Part shown: positions 1 through 9,960 of the stretch, piece by piece
Layout: each line of letters opens with the position of its first letter
How positions within the stretch are numbered: position 1 is the stretch's first letter
Virus record (IMG/VR): IMGVR_UViG_3300028591_000003
Coordinates: 1 to 64,000 of that record
Length of the DNA stretch: 64,000 nucleotides
Strand: one strand, 5' to 3'
DNA from: a virus
Taxonomy: Duplodnaviria; Caudoviricetes
Notes under the pieces: model-generated
What the model was told of the DNA's origin: nothing
Databases searched by the model: none
The model's input: the letters and a program-made list of their open reading frames with translations, nothing else
Program-made: the position numbers and the translations under genes

Positions 1-165
1 TATATGGAATCGGAATATATGGAATATACATTCTATTATTTTTATATAAGTCCTCAATTAACTGAACAGCTTCCTCTTCAGTTATATGTTCTTTTTTATA
101 TTGATTTAATATAATATAAAGACTATTATAAACTGACGATTTGTTATTTAATTCAATATTATCCA
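1..165 (-). CDS. hypothetical protein, partial (runs off window edge)
   Basis: ATG at 165, open frame MDNIELINKSS...IPYIPIPY to position 1. Confidence 0.6.
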
Positions 166-168
166 TAA

Positions 169-1329
169 TTAAATTCCTAATTGATATTTAGCAATTTCGA
201 ATTCTTTATTATCTCCTAAATGTTTTCCTAAATCATCGGAAATTTTAATACATTTCCTCCATTCTTGATTTTTATTTATTCTACACTTAGATAGTTTCAT
301 AACTATATTTGCTGGTTTAAATCCTGTATCGTTTGTCAGATTAGTTCCAATCCCTGCTGATACGCGTATACGACCAGTAAAATAATTACAAATATCCAAA
401 TACCTATTAAAATCCAAGGCATTGGAAAATACAATAGTTTTTGTAGTTGGGTCGATACCCAATTCTTTATATCGTTTAATAACTTCATTTCCTATTTTGT
501 ATTCGTCACCAGAATCCTGACGGACTCCATCAAATAATTTAGCAAATTTTAAAGACATATTCTTTAATCCTACTTCAGATGTATAAGTATCCATTAAGAA
601 TATCCCAAGATTACCATCGTAAGTACGAACCCAATCTCTCATTCCGAGGTAATTAGCTTCTTGATAACCCCAACAAGCACCATGAAACATAATCCACTCA
701 TGTGGAAAAGTTCCTATAGGAGTCATATTATATTTCATAGCAAAATATACATTTGAGGTCCCTACACAATTAGTCGGACATTTTTCTTTTAATCTTTGAA
801 TAATAAGATTATGTAAGTTACTAGAAGCTCTACGTCTTGTTCCAAATTCTGAAAATTTTAATCCATGCTCATTAGCTAGATTGATTTTAACATCAAGTCT
901 ATCAATAGCTTCTGAAATATTAATCATTCCTTGTTGTTTAATTAATAATTCAGAAACAATTGCAAGAATAGGAACTTCATATAAAGTTACTTTATAAAGA
1001 TAATCTGTTACTTCAATATGAAGATGTTTCTCATTATCTAACCAACATAAAATTTTTTCCCAATCAAATCGAAAATCACTCAACCATTCCCAATAAACTT
1101 CAGGAATATAAGGAATATGTTCAACACACCAAATTTCTTCTCCTACTAGCAATCTCAATCTTACTAATTTAGCAAATTCCATCTTAAGAGTTTCCAAAAA
1201 CTCATCATCAAATACTGTATTATTTCTATCACAGAAACTAAAAGTTCCTTGAGCTTCTGGATACAACTTCATATAAGCATACGAAGTTGAAAATTTGTAT
1301 AAATCTGTGTCTAAAATTGATAAAGTCAT
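169..1329 (-). CDS. pncB: nicotinate phosphoribosyltransferase
   Basis: LDTDLYK, EFGTRRR, GTSNV, GTFPHEW, RQDSGD, GIGTNL, KISDD motifs of NAPRTase. Confidence 0.93.
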   Translation of the reverse strand: MTLSILDTDLYKFSTSYAYMKLYPEAQGTFSFCDRNNTVFDDEFLETLKMEFAKLVRLRLLVGEEIWCVEHIPYIPEVYWEWLSDFRFDWEKILCWLDNEKHLHIEVTDYLYKVTLYEVPILAIVSELLIKQQGMINISEAIDRLDVKINLANEHGLKFSEFGTRRRASSNLHNLIIQRLKEKCPTNCVGTSNVYFAMKYNMTPIGTFPHEWIMFHGACWGYQEANYLGMRDWVRTYDGNLGIFLMDTYTSEVGLKNMSLKFAKLFDGVRQDSGDEYKIGNEVIKRYKELGIDPTTKTIVFSNALDFNRYLDICNYFTGRIRVSAGIGTNLTNDTGFKPANIVMKLSKCRINKNQEWRKCIKISDDLGKHLGDNKEFEIAKYQLGI

Positions 1330-1634
1330 GCTTCAAATACTAATTTAAAAGGAATAAATAAATCATAATTATCATCATCTTCAAAATGATTAATACTATC
1401 AATGTATCTTCCATCCATTTTGTGTCTTATAAATATAAATTCACTTCCAATCCATTGTGCAATACCCGTACTTCTGGATTGTCCGATATACCATCCTCCG
1501 AGAATTAAATCTTTTTTAGCAATAGCACCACATTCTAAATATTTTCTAACAAGTAGTTTATATTCTGTTAAAGATTTGTATCTAGGAAATTCTGGAATAT
1601 CATCTATTTTTTCAAATTTCTTTAATTCTACCAT
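1326..1634 (-). CDS. hypothetical protein
   Basis: 102 aa ORF with 4-nt overlap onto pncB start. Confidence 0.7.
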   Translation of the reverse strand: MVELKKFEKIDDIPEFPRYKSLTEYKLLVRKYLECGAIAKKDLILGGWYIGQSRSTGIAQWIGSEFIFIRHKMDGRYIDSINHFEDDDNYDLFIPFKLVFEA

Positions 1635-1654
1635 AGTTCTGCTATTTTTTAGCC

Positions 1655-2170
1655 TTAATTGGATTCTTTCTTAATCTTTTCTTTAATGATTTTGTCATGA
1701 TTAAAAGCCCATTTATAGTTATCTATTTCTTTAAAAGGAATCCATTGAATGCAACTGACTTCTCCATTTTCAGAGTTTTTAGAAGTTAAAGAAATATTTT
1801 CAATACAAGTAGGAATTTCATACTCATATCTAAATGTTACATTCTGACGTTTATCACCATAAGGGTCATCATTAATAAAAAACAATTGAAGATATTGAGG
1901 AGAAATTTTAACTCCAGTTTCTTCAAACACTTCTCTAGCAGCACCTTCTGCTATAGTTTCGTTATAATCTAAATAACCACAAGGCATACACCAACAACCT
2001 CTAAATTCAGGGTCTGGAGTCTCTGGACCTCTTACATTTGCAAGTATACATAAATCTCCACTTTTATTATAGCCTTTAACAAGAGTTAGAGTTGCAATAT
2101 TTCTTGCAACCCACTCTATTTTTCCTGTTTCTAGATTTTTTATCGGATGATTTTTCATATTAATCAACAA
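1655..2170 (-). CDS. Nudix hydrolase (ADP-ribose pyrophosphatase-like)
   Basis: Nudix box GYLDYNETIAEGAAREVFEETGV; C-terminal WAFNH. Confidence 0.9.
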   Translation of the reverse strand: MLINMKNHPIKNLETGKIEWVARNIATLTLVKGYNKSGDLCILANVRGPETPDPEFRGCWCMPCGYLDYNETIAEGAAREVFEETGVKISPQYLQLFFINDDPYGDKRQNVTFRYEYEIPTCIENISLTSKNSENGEVSCIQWIPFKEIDNYKWAFNHDKIIKEKIKKESN

Positions 2171-2326
2171 ATATTATTCCAATTGCTCTATTATTCTCAA
2201 CTCCTGTAACAGGTTGAATAGAATCAATTTCATAAGAATAAGGAGTATCATTCACAACAACTTCTGGATCATCTTCTCCAGATATTCTTTTCCAATATTC
2301 TAATTCTTTAATTAAATCTGAATATT

Positions 2327-2905
2327 TCATACTATTTTTTCTAAATTATTTTCTTTAATAAAATCACTAAATGTTTTTCCTCCGTCAATAGATACAATTC
2401 CTGGACAAAATACTTTAGGAAAAATATCTTCTTTAATCATATTTTCTATTGTACATTTAACACAATAATCACCAGCAATACCACATACAACAAAATCAGT
2501 ATTAGCATTAGCTGTAGCGATTGAATCGAAATAATACCGTTGACCAAGTTCATCAGTTACAAAATCGATATCACTAAATGCTCCATATTCTTCTACTTCT
2601 TCCAAAGTTCCTTTTTGACTAACTTCATAATCAATATTAAATGACTGAACATATTTTAAAAGTTTTGGTTCAATACAAGCTCCAGGAGTATATTGTACAC
2701 AATGAGAAGGCCAAAGTCCACCGTATTTTTTAAAACTTGTATGGTTATGAGGGTGCCAATCTACAGTAAAAATAATTTTAGCAATTTCTTTACGATGATT
2801 TTTAATGAACTTTTTAATTTCCTCTACTGCATCTTTAGCTCCTTTTACTGACATTGTTCCAGTAATAAAATCGTTTTGGCAATCTACAATAATTAATGTA
2901 ATCAT
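2327..2905 (-). CDS. pncA: nicotinamidase (isochorismatase family)
   Basis: VDCQNDF, DWHP, WPSHCVQ, GIAGDYCV catalytic motifs. Confidence 0.9.
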   Translation of the reverse strand: MITLIIVDCQNDFITGTMSVKGAKDAVEEIKKFIKNHRKEIAKIIFTVDWHPHNHTSFKKYGGLWPSHCVQYTPGACIEPKLLKYVQSFNIDYEVSQKGTLEEVEEYGAFSDIDFVTDELGQRYYFDSIATANANTDFVVCGIAGDYCVKCTIENMIKEDIFPKVFCPGIVSIDGGKTFSDFIKENNLEKIV

Positions 2906-3090
2906 TTGTTTAATTAATTAAATTTTATAATAGTTTACAATTAATCTATATAATTCATATGTAGTATATACTCCTGTATAGAGAATAATTAATTTCCAGA
3001 AAGAATTTTCACAAACGGGGTATAGTCTTGAAACTCCTATTACTTCTAATGTTACCATAATAGGAAGTACAACAAATTCAAAAAATATTT

Positions 3091-3567
3091 TCATACAATA
3101 TTAGATTTAACTACTTCCGAAATCATTTTTCCATCAGCAGTCGGATAAATTTCTTTAATTTCTTTAATAACTTTACCCATTTCTTTTTGAGTAAAACCAT
3201 TAGGATAAGCAGTTACTACAGCTTCTTGAATTTTATTACGAGAAATTTCTGGAGGAAGAAGTTCTTTAAGATATTTTATTTGTTCTCGTTCTAAATCAGC
3301 TAAATCCTTACGACTATTAGCATCGTAAATAGAAGCAGATTCATCTCGTTGTTTAATTAAACGTCTAATAATCTCAATATCTAATTCATAAAGTTCTACA
3401 TTAGAAATCCAACTATCTAATCCTGTTACACAAACAAATTTACCATTAGATTTTGGATTTTTAGATGTTTGATTTTTTAGTAATTCTACCTTAACAGCTC
3501 TAAAAGCTTCTTTAGCTGCTCCATTTTTATTAAGAGTAGCTTCTTTAATTAATCTGTCAATGTCCAT
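3091..3567 (-). CDS. GatB/YqeY domain protein
   Basis: KQRDESASIY...RKDLADLE...LP and KEMGKVI...ADGKMISEVVK pattern typical of YqeY. Confidence 0.85.
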   Translation of the reverse strand: MDIDRLIKEATLNKNGAAKEAFRAVKVELLKNQTSKNPKSNGKFVCVTGLDSWISNVELYELDIEIIRRLIKQRDESASIYDANSRKDLADLEREQIKYLKELLPPEISRNKIQEAVVTAYPNGFTQKEMGKVIKEIKEIYPTADGKMISEVVKSNIV

Positions 3568-4144
3568 AATTTACAAAATCAATTAATAATATATCTTTAT
3601 CTGTTCCTTTTTTTATAATTTGTCTATTGTTAATAAAAGCATATAACCAAGGCCACCAATCGTCTATAAGTTTTGGAGAACATACAGAAGAATATTTTTC
3701 TTCACAAGAAGGATTATATGAAAAATTATAATCTATATTCCAATTATATAAATTTCTTCCGCACCAAAACTTAATGTTCGGAAATAATTTTTCTAAAGCT
3801 GAACAAAATAATTTAAATAATTCAATATTATTTTCATTATATTCTTTTTTGTTTCGAACTTCTAATAATATCCTTATACTTACATCTTTCTTGGTATTAA
3901 GCCAGAAAATATCTTTTAATAACTTTGCTAGAGTTATATTATATTCAACTATACCGTGAGCAACTATTGGTAATTTATAATCATTAAATCTAACTCTTAA
4001 ATCAAAACATCGAACATTATAAACTTCATATTGAGTTTTAATATCTGCTTTTTGACATTTTGCAGTAAATCTGATTACTTTCATCCACCACTTTGTAGGA
4101 GTTAAATAACTCCAACTATTATGACTACCAAGAATCCACATCAC
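3557..4144 (-). CDS. PI-PLC X-domain (PLC-like phosphodiesterase) protein
   Basis: GSHNS, VRCFDLRV, VAHG motifs. Confidence 0.7.
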   Translation of the reverse strand: MMWILGSHNSWSYLTPTKWWMKVIRFTAKCQKADIKTQYEVYNVRCFDLRVRFNDYKLPIVAHGIVEYNITLAKLLKDIFWLNTKKDVSIRILLEVRNKKEYNENNIELFKLFCSALEKLFPNIKFWCGRNLYNWNIDYNFSYNPSCEEKYSSVCSPKLIDDWWPWLYAFINNRQIIKKGTDKDILLIDFVNYGH

Positions 4145-4442
4145 TTATATCAATTATTTCTCCTGTTTTTAATATATGAATTTTAACTCCCCAAGCTATT
4201 CCTGCACAAGGATAAAATTCATACGAAATAGTTCCTTTTTCTTGATAAAGTTTTTGAGAATCTTTATATTCCTTATCAGATAAAGTAAATGTTCTTATTT
4301 TACTTTCCCAAGGAGTTAAACAATATTTAGAAGTATCAATTAATTTCCATCTAGTAAATTTATGCTTTAAAGCTCTCCAAAATAAATTCCATTTTGTAGC
4401 TTTTGCCAATTTATCATTTTTATAAATCCAAGTTTTCTTCAT
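4125..4442 (-). CDS. hypothetical protein
   Basis: ORF; likely start MKKTWIY overlapping the upstream stop. Confidence 0.65.
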   Translation of the reverse strand: MKKTWIYKNDKLAKATKWNLFWRALKHKFTRWKLIDTSKYCLTPWESKIRTFTLSDKEYKDSQKLYQEKGTISYEFYPCAGIAWGVKIHILKTGEIIDISDVDSW

Positions 4443-4696
4443 ATTACACAACAGAAATCGTCTATATACCAACAATCTTGGGAATATTCATTTACTAATT
4501 CAGATGGGAGAATTATCTGTTCTCTAACAAAATCTTCTAATAATTCTTTATTATCGTAATCTTCAAAATCTTCAGGAACTTCTATATCTACTGTGGTACT
4601 AAGACATTGTGAAATATTAACAGGAATCATTTTAAATTTTCTATTCCAAGGAGCTATTTTTTCCTCAGATTGCATTAAAGTTGGAGTATTATCCAT
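4439..4696 (-). CDS. hypothetical acidic protein
   Basis: tiled ORF in operon. Confidence 0.7.
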   Translation of the reverse strand: MDNTPTLMQSEEKIAPWNRKFKMIPVNISQCLSTTVDIEVPEDFEDYDNKELLEDFVREQIILPSELVNEYSQDCWYIDDFCCVI

Positions 4697-5099
4697 ATTT
4701 TTTAATATTTTCTATAAGATGTTCTTTTACAGCTTTAGTAAATCCTGGAATGTAACAAGGATTAATTTCTTTCAATTCTCCTGATTCTGTAGATTCATAT
4801 ACTTCATAATCAGAATAACTATCAAAAGCATATTCATTTCCAGGATAAAAATAGTTTTCAATAGCCCAATTTAAAAGACTATCTGGAATAAGATTTAATA
4901 ACTCTAAATCTGATAACTTTTCAAATTCTTCATCAGAAATATTTTGACTTGCTTCATCTGCACCAAAAGCTTCCCTTAAATCATCAATATCTATATCTAC
5001 TGAATTTACTAACTCTTCAAAGGATAAATTAACATTAGAATTTAATTCTCCTCCTTTGTAACTGAAAACATTAAATAAATGATACAATTTATTCATCAT
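4689..5099 (-). CDS. hypothetical acidic protein
   Basis: tiled ORF. Confidence 0.7.
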   Translation of the reverse strand: MMNKLYHLFNVFSYKGGELNSNVNLSFEELVNSVDIDIDDLREAFGADEASQNISDEEFEKLSDLELLNLIPDSLLNWAIENYFYPGNEYAFDSYSDYEVYESTESGELKEINPCYIPGFTKAVKEHLIENIKKYG

Positions 5100-5415
5100 C
5101 GTGATTTACTCTTAAATTAATTTCACTAGAACATAACAAACTTCCACAAATATCTATATATTTATTATTTGGAGTTATCATAGCATACAAAAAATCATCA
5201 TCTTCCAATTCATTAGTAAAATTGTCCCAATTCATATAAGGACTTTCTCTCCATCCTCTTTCTTCAGCACATTTAATTATAAATGATAAAGATATAGCAG
5301 AATCAAGATCAATTTCATCTATTTCTCCATTTTCAATATCGGTAAGAACATTCATTATTCCTGTCTTAAGATATTGAACACCTTGTTCTATATCAGTTTT
5401 AATAAATTTATTCAT
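5089..5415 (-). CDS. hypothetical acidic protein
   Basis: tiled ORF. Confidence 0.7.
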   Translation of the reverse strand: MNKFIKTDIEQGVQYLKTGIMNVLTDIENGEIDEIDLDSAISLSFIIKCAEERGWRESPYMNWDNFTNELEDDDFLYAMITPNNKYIDICGSLLCSSEINLRVNHDDE

Positions 5416-5671
5416 GATAAATTACTTCTAAATCACCATCCTCATCCTTATAAGGACGAATTTCAATTATTCCTCCGTCGGAAATAAATTCTTCATAATC
5501 TTCATCTTCATCAGCAAATTCATAATACATTTCATTAAGAGCTTCATCTACTGATTCAAGAAATTTCGGATCTTCCCGAAGTTCATCTATAGACTTATTG
5601 GAAATAGCTAAATATTCTCCTCCCCAACGTTGAAAAATTAACTCTCCTATAATTATAAAATATTTATTCAT
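5408..5671 (-). CDS. hypothetical acidic protein
   Basis: tiled ORF. Confidence 0.7.
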   Translation of the reverse strand: MNKYFIIIGELIFQRWGGEYLAISNKSIDELREDPKFLESVDEALNEMYYEFADEDEDYEEFISDGGIIEIRPYKDEDGDLEVIYHE

Positions 5672-6227
5672 TATTGATTGATTTTATATAATCATTTATT
5701 TTTAAAGAAAATAATTCATTATCAGCTAATCCACAAGACTTAAATTCAGGACAGAATCCACGATATAAACATTGAGGTACACAGGCATTAGCTAATTCTG
5801 GTTCTATTTCTCTAAGTTTATGTATTACTTCATTCCAAATTCTTCTTGTTTCTGATTCAGCCCTATTACATAACCTTACTTTACTAATATTAATTATTTC
5901 TTGAGCATTAAGAAATAATCTCATATTAACAGGGTCAATTTTCTTTTGTTCTTCTCTTGGAACTTGTTTTCCATCAATGTCTGGGCGCGAGGTACTTACA
6001 AAAGGTTGTGCATGAATATGTCTAACAAGATGTACTGATACATAGTTAGGAATATCATAAAAATCTATATTAAACATTAAACATCTTAGAGGAGAATGCT
6101 CAGCTTTAATTATTTTCTTTTTGAATTCAACGGAAGGTTCCTTATCTAAAAGCTCTTTTCTTTGAGTGAATCTTGCTGCATTTAATACATCAGTCCAAGA
6201 TGTTACTCTAGTTATTTCAATTTTCAT
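5664..6227 (-). CDS. thyX: FAD-dependent thymidylate synthase-like protein (divergent)
   Basis: AARF, EHSPLR, VHLVRH..STSR, RLC..A..ETR, C-terminal VPQCLYRGFCPE. Confidence 0.75.
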   Translation of the reverse strand: MKIEITRVTSWTDVLNAARFTQRKELLDKEPSVEFKKKIIKAEHSPLRCLMFNIDFYDIPNYVSVHLVRHIHAQPFVSTSRPDIDGKQVPREEQKKIDPVNMRLFLNAQEIINISKVRLCNRAESETRRIWNEVIHKLREIEPELANACVPQCLYRGFCPEFKSCGLADNELFSLKINDYIKSINNE

Positions 6228-6393
6228 ATATTTCTATATCAACAATTTCTCTATCATAAATATCTCCACTAGGAGTATCATCAAAATCTTCTAATTCAAA
6301 TTTTTGTAAGGCTTCTTCTTCAGAGTCTGCGGTTATATAATAACTAGTATGTTGTTTTAAAATCTCTGTAGTATAAATTTCATATTTGGGCAT
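6217..6393 (-). CDS. small acidic protein (58 aa, below ORF-track cutoff)
   Basis: MPKYEIYTTE...ITADSEEEALQKF fills the gap with overlaps at both ends. Confidence 0.6.
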   Translation of the reverse strand: MPKYEIYTTEILKQHTSYYITADSEEEALQKFELEDFDDTPSGDIYDREIVDIEIYEN

Positions 6394-6736
6394 TTTCTTT
6401 TTCTATTTTTAACTGACGTAATCTTTCTTCACAATCATGAATAATTTTTTCATAATCTGATTCTCTAGGTTCTCCTTCTTTACTTCTAAGGATTCTCTTA
6501 ATAACGTCATGGTCCCAACTAGTTAAATTTGGATAATCTAACCATATACTCCAAGGTTGAATTAAATGTTTAGAATAATCACTATTTCCAATATTAAAAG
6601 AACGCACATCTTTTTCTGAATGGTCATGTATTATTCCTAAATACTTTAATTCTTTATAAAGATTCCAATCTATTTTTACTTGAGGATTAACTATAGGTTC
6701 AGACTCTTGAATTATAGTATCAGTTAAATCACTCAT
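6380..6736 (-). CDS. DUF3310-like phage protein
   Basis: NIGNSDYSKHLIQPWSIW...KRILR...DYEKIIH. Confidence 0.5.
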   Translation of the reverse strand: MSDLTDTIIQESEPIVNPQVKIDWNLYKELKYLGIIHDHSEKDVRSFNIGNSDYSKHLIQPWSIWLDYPNLTSWDHDVIKRILRSKEGEPRESDYEKIIHDCEERLRQLKIEKENAQI

Positions 6737-7004
6737 TGTCTTTAGTCATTTTAATCATACACATTCCTACAAATCCAACAATTTGTTCTCTTTGTCCTTT
6801 TGTAAGATAAGATTTTTTATCTTGAATTAAATCATATTCATCTAAAAACGCTTTAGCTAAATTATATTCTCCTTTGTGAAGTTGTCTAATTCTATCTTTA
6901 GCAGAATTTCTCATCATAGGAAGATTTTCATCAATAATCTTCAAAAGTTTTTCTTCACTCATTTCCGGAGTTTTGTATAAAAGTTCTTTAATTTTCATAA
7001 ACAA
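6729..7004 (-). CDS. hypothetical protein
   Basis: tiled ORF. Confidence 0.65.
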   Translation of the reverse strand: MFMKIKELLYKTPEMSEEKLLKIIDENLPMMRNSAKDRIRQLHKGEYNLAKAFLDEYDLIQDKKSYLTKGQREQIVGFVGMCMIKMTKDNE

Positions 7005-7120
7005 TACATTATAATTTATATATTCTTATAATACAATTACCTTGTACTTCATTTAATGCTTTATATAAATCGTCATACAAATCAGGAAATAGTTCTGGAT
7101 ATTTCTCAATCCTTCTTACT

Positions 7121-7495
7121 TCAATCAACATTTTCCATTACTAAAGCAGTTACTACATCAAGATTTATCATAACTTGTTTATAAACATCTATTTTTTCAC
7201 ATTCGCTTAAATACTTTTTCCAATGTTCTTTCCAAGCTTTTATATCATCCTCTCCTTTTTTATCATATCTTTCGCTAGGGGAGGATATATAAGGCCAAGG
7301 ACTTAATATTATTTCATATTCACATCTTGCCCACCATTGGTACTGTGACTCATTTTTTATAAACTCTTTAAATTCCTCAAATGTTTTTGGTTTATCTTTC
7401 TTTTTATTATAACAAGAAACTAAATATGGAATTATATTATAAGATTCAAATTCTTTACTATTTATATTATAAGTAATTACGTTAAATTTTTTCAT
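7121..7495 (-). CDS. hypothetical phage protein
   Basis: ORF coupled to the polymerase stop; WWARCEYEI motif. Confidence 0.7.
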   Translation of the reverse strand: MKKFNVITYNINSKEFESYNIIPYLVSCYNKKKDKPKTFEEFKEFIKNESQYQWWARCEYEIILSPWPYISSPSERYDKKGEDDIKAWKEHWKKYLSECEKIDVYKQVMINLDVVTALVMENVD

Positions 7496-9420
7496 ACAAA
7501 TAAATCTAATTCTTTATATATTAATGGATTTTTTAATTTATTAGCTTCAGTTATATAAAATTGATAATCTAAGTTATAATCATCCCAATTATCTAAATGA
7601 TAAGCTTTATTAAATACTATTACAGAATATCCAACATTTACTCCAGTTATTCGTCCATCTTCAAATCTTTTTAAGAGTATTCCAGAGTCTTTACCTTTAC
7701 AAACTAAATATCTAGTCATTCTACCAAGTTTTTCATCTGTTATTTTTCCATCTACTAGATGTCTAAAAAAAGCATTACTTGATGAATTAGTTTTTAATTG
7801 CATACAGAAGTTAAATATATCTCTATCTTTTATAATAGTTTCTTCAATAGGTATTCCGTATACAAAATAATTTTTAACAGCTAATGGAACAATTCTCATA
7901 GAAGGATCTTTATGATATTCCTTATCTACCTCAAAGTCACCCTTTAATTTAATATGTTCATTCTCTTTAGTAGAATCTTCATATACAGCGATATAATTAT
8001 TGACATCTCTAATGCACATTTTACTATAGAAAGCTTCTTCAATAACAAGAGAAGTTTCTTTAGTAAGCTGATTATTAACTTGTCTTATAAGTTCTAGTTT
8101 ATGTTTAGGTATTCTAATAGTTATTCCATCAGTATTTGTTTGTAGAACAACAAGTTCTGGTACCATCTCAACCATTCTTTCAACCCACATGCTTATAAAT
8201 AATTGTCCTGCAATAGTAGTTTTAAAAGTATACATTGGGTCATATAAGAAGGATTTTTCCTCATTTGATTTACCATAACATCCATTTAATACAAGTTTAT
8301 ATCCTTCTATAAGAACATTGTCACGTTCATTTTTAGGTTTATGTTTTTCATTAATTCTAATTTTAATAAATTTAGAATATAACTCCATAAACTCTGGACC
8401 AAGCTGTTCTGGATAAAGTTTTAATGAATCAGCTATACTAGGATATAGCGATGAAACATCTAAATCTAATATCATCCAATAATCATCAGATTCATAAACA
8501 CCTGGTTCTATACAAGAGTGGGTTCCACCTAATCCAAAGTCAAATTTAGTTCCATGATAAATAACACTAAATTGGAATTCTCCTTTTTCTCCTTTAATAG
8601 AAGTTTGTTTAATTTGATTTAAGAATTTTCCAAATTCTTTAGTCTTAATATTAGCCCAAAACGGAATACAATCTTTAAGATTAATAATACTTCTAGAAGT
8701 TCCGCCAGATTTTTTAAGATAATAAGGATTCTGATGTGTTTCACGAGCATATAACTGTAACATAAGTTCTTCTCCCATAGGAACATCACCCATATTTGTT
8801 ACATTTACATGAAACTTTTTATTTAAATCGTTTCTAAGTTGAAGTTTATTCTTTCCTTTATACAAAGAATAATCTGTTCTACCCAAAGTAACAAGAAGAA
8901 ACTTATATGTAGCTATTACATCATTTTTATTATACTCAAGTATAAGTTCTTCATCTCCTTCTTGACACCAATGAGTATGATGAATAGGCATTTCTTCCAC
9001 ATTCTCCATTCTCATTTGTATTTCTAATCCTTTGAGATTTTGAGTTCTAGCTTTATTATTATAATGCCAAATTTTATATAAATCTATTTGTGGAATAAGA
9101 GGTTTCTTTACTTCTGTAAATAATTCTTCTATTAAATATTGAGATTTTGCATATAAAGCTTGGGCTAATTCTTGTCCATAGGAATATTCATATTCTCCTT
9201 TCCAGTGTCTAAGAAAATGATGTAATAATGGATAGTCGTAAGCAAGATTATTAAATCCGCATTGTACGAATTTCTCTTTTATTAGATGTTCATATAATAT
9301 TTTGGCATCACATCTCCACTTACAAATTACATATTGATACCAAGTATCAATTTTAGAACGATAACCTGTATAAGTAAATAAATTGGATAATGACTCTAGA
9401 TCATATACTTCCAATATCAT
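7492..9420 (-). CDS. DNA polymerase, family B
   Basis: exonuclease YDLE and GFNN..YD; polymerase DVSSLYPS, KLVLNGCYGK, NTDGI. Confidence 0.93.
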   Translation of the reverse strand: MILEVYDLESLSNLFTYTGYRSKIDTWYQYVICKWRCDAKILYEHLIKEKFVQCGFNNLAYDYPLLHHFLRHWKGEYEYSYGQELAQALYAKSQYLIEELFTEVKKPLIPQIDLYKIWHYNNKARTQNLKGLEIQMRMENVEEMPIHHTHWCQEGDEELILEYNKNDVIATYKFLLVTLGRTDYSLYKGKNKLQLRNDLNKKFHVNVTNMGDVPMGEELMLQLYARETHQNPYYLKKSGGTSRSIINLKDCIPFWANIKTKEFGKFLNQIKQTSIKGEKGEFQFSVIYHGTKFDFGLGGTHSCIEPGVYESDDYWMILDLDVSSLYPSIADSLKLYPEQLGPEFMELYSKFIKIRINEKHKPKNERDNVLIEGYKLVLNGCYGKSNEEKSFLYDPMYTFKTTIAGQLFISMWVERMVEMVPELVVLQTNTDGITIRIPKHKLELIRQVNNQLTKETSLVIEEAFYSKMCIRDVNNYIAVYEDSTKENEHIKLKGDFEVDKEYHKDPSMRIVPLAVKNYFVYGIPIEETIIKDRDIFNFCMQLKTNSSSNAFFRHLVDGKITDEKLGRMTRYLVCKGKDSGILLKRFEDGRITGVNVGYSVIVFNKAYHLDNWDDYNLDYQFYITEANKLKNPLIYKELDLFV

Positions 9421-9769
9421 CCTTTAAATATGATTTATCACGAACTATAAGAATCTTTGCAGGCCATATTTCTCCAACTGCTCCTTTATTACATCCAAAT
9501 CCTACATATTTAATATCTGGAAAATAATTAAATAAATAAGGAGCTACTAAAGTAGTACAGTTAGGACATTCATAATCTCCAATATAAAGCGTTACATGAG
9601 ATCCTGGCCAATAATATCCACGAATTGCGAAGAGCCATGAATATCCATATTTCTTTGAAAGAAAAGCATGCATATCATTTTTATCCATATTAGAAGGAGT
9701 AGCAATATGTAAATCTTCTCCTTCTAACCAAATAGGTATTCTTTTTTCTAAAAATTCTTTTTCAGTCAT
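9401..9769 (-). CDS. hypothetical protein
   Basis: tiled ORF. Confidence 0.7.
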   Translation of the reverse strand: MTEKEFLEKRIPIWLEGEDLHIATPSNMDKNDMHAFLSKKYGYSWLFAIRGYYWPGSHVTLYIGDYECPNCTTLVAPYLFNYFPDIKYVGFGCNKGAVGEIWPAKILIVRDKSYLKDDIGSI

Positions 9770-9960
9770 TTTTGTATATTAATTATATTTCCATTATAAT
9801 GAATTATATAATAATCATCTGTTTCAGTAATAAATTTAGATAAATTATTTTTAATTTCATTTATCCAGTGTTTATCTAAAGGAGATAGTGTAATACTATT
9901 TCCAATTGGTTTTATACACATAGTATTCCAACTAATTAAGAAATTTTTAAATTCATTCAT
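9766..9960 (-). CDS. hypothetical protein
   Basis: tiled ORF. Confidence 0.6.
   Translation of the reverse strand: MNEFKNFLISWNTMCIKPIGNSITLSPLDKHWINEIKNNLSKFITETDDYYIIHYNGNIINIQK

Noticed and set aside
169-1329. NamPT (NARP2-type) assignment
   Set aside because: EFGTRRR/GTSN/HEW motifs and the adjacent nicotinamidase fit PncB better
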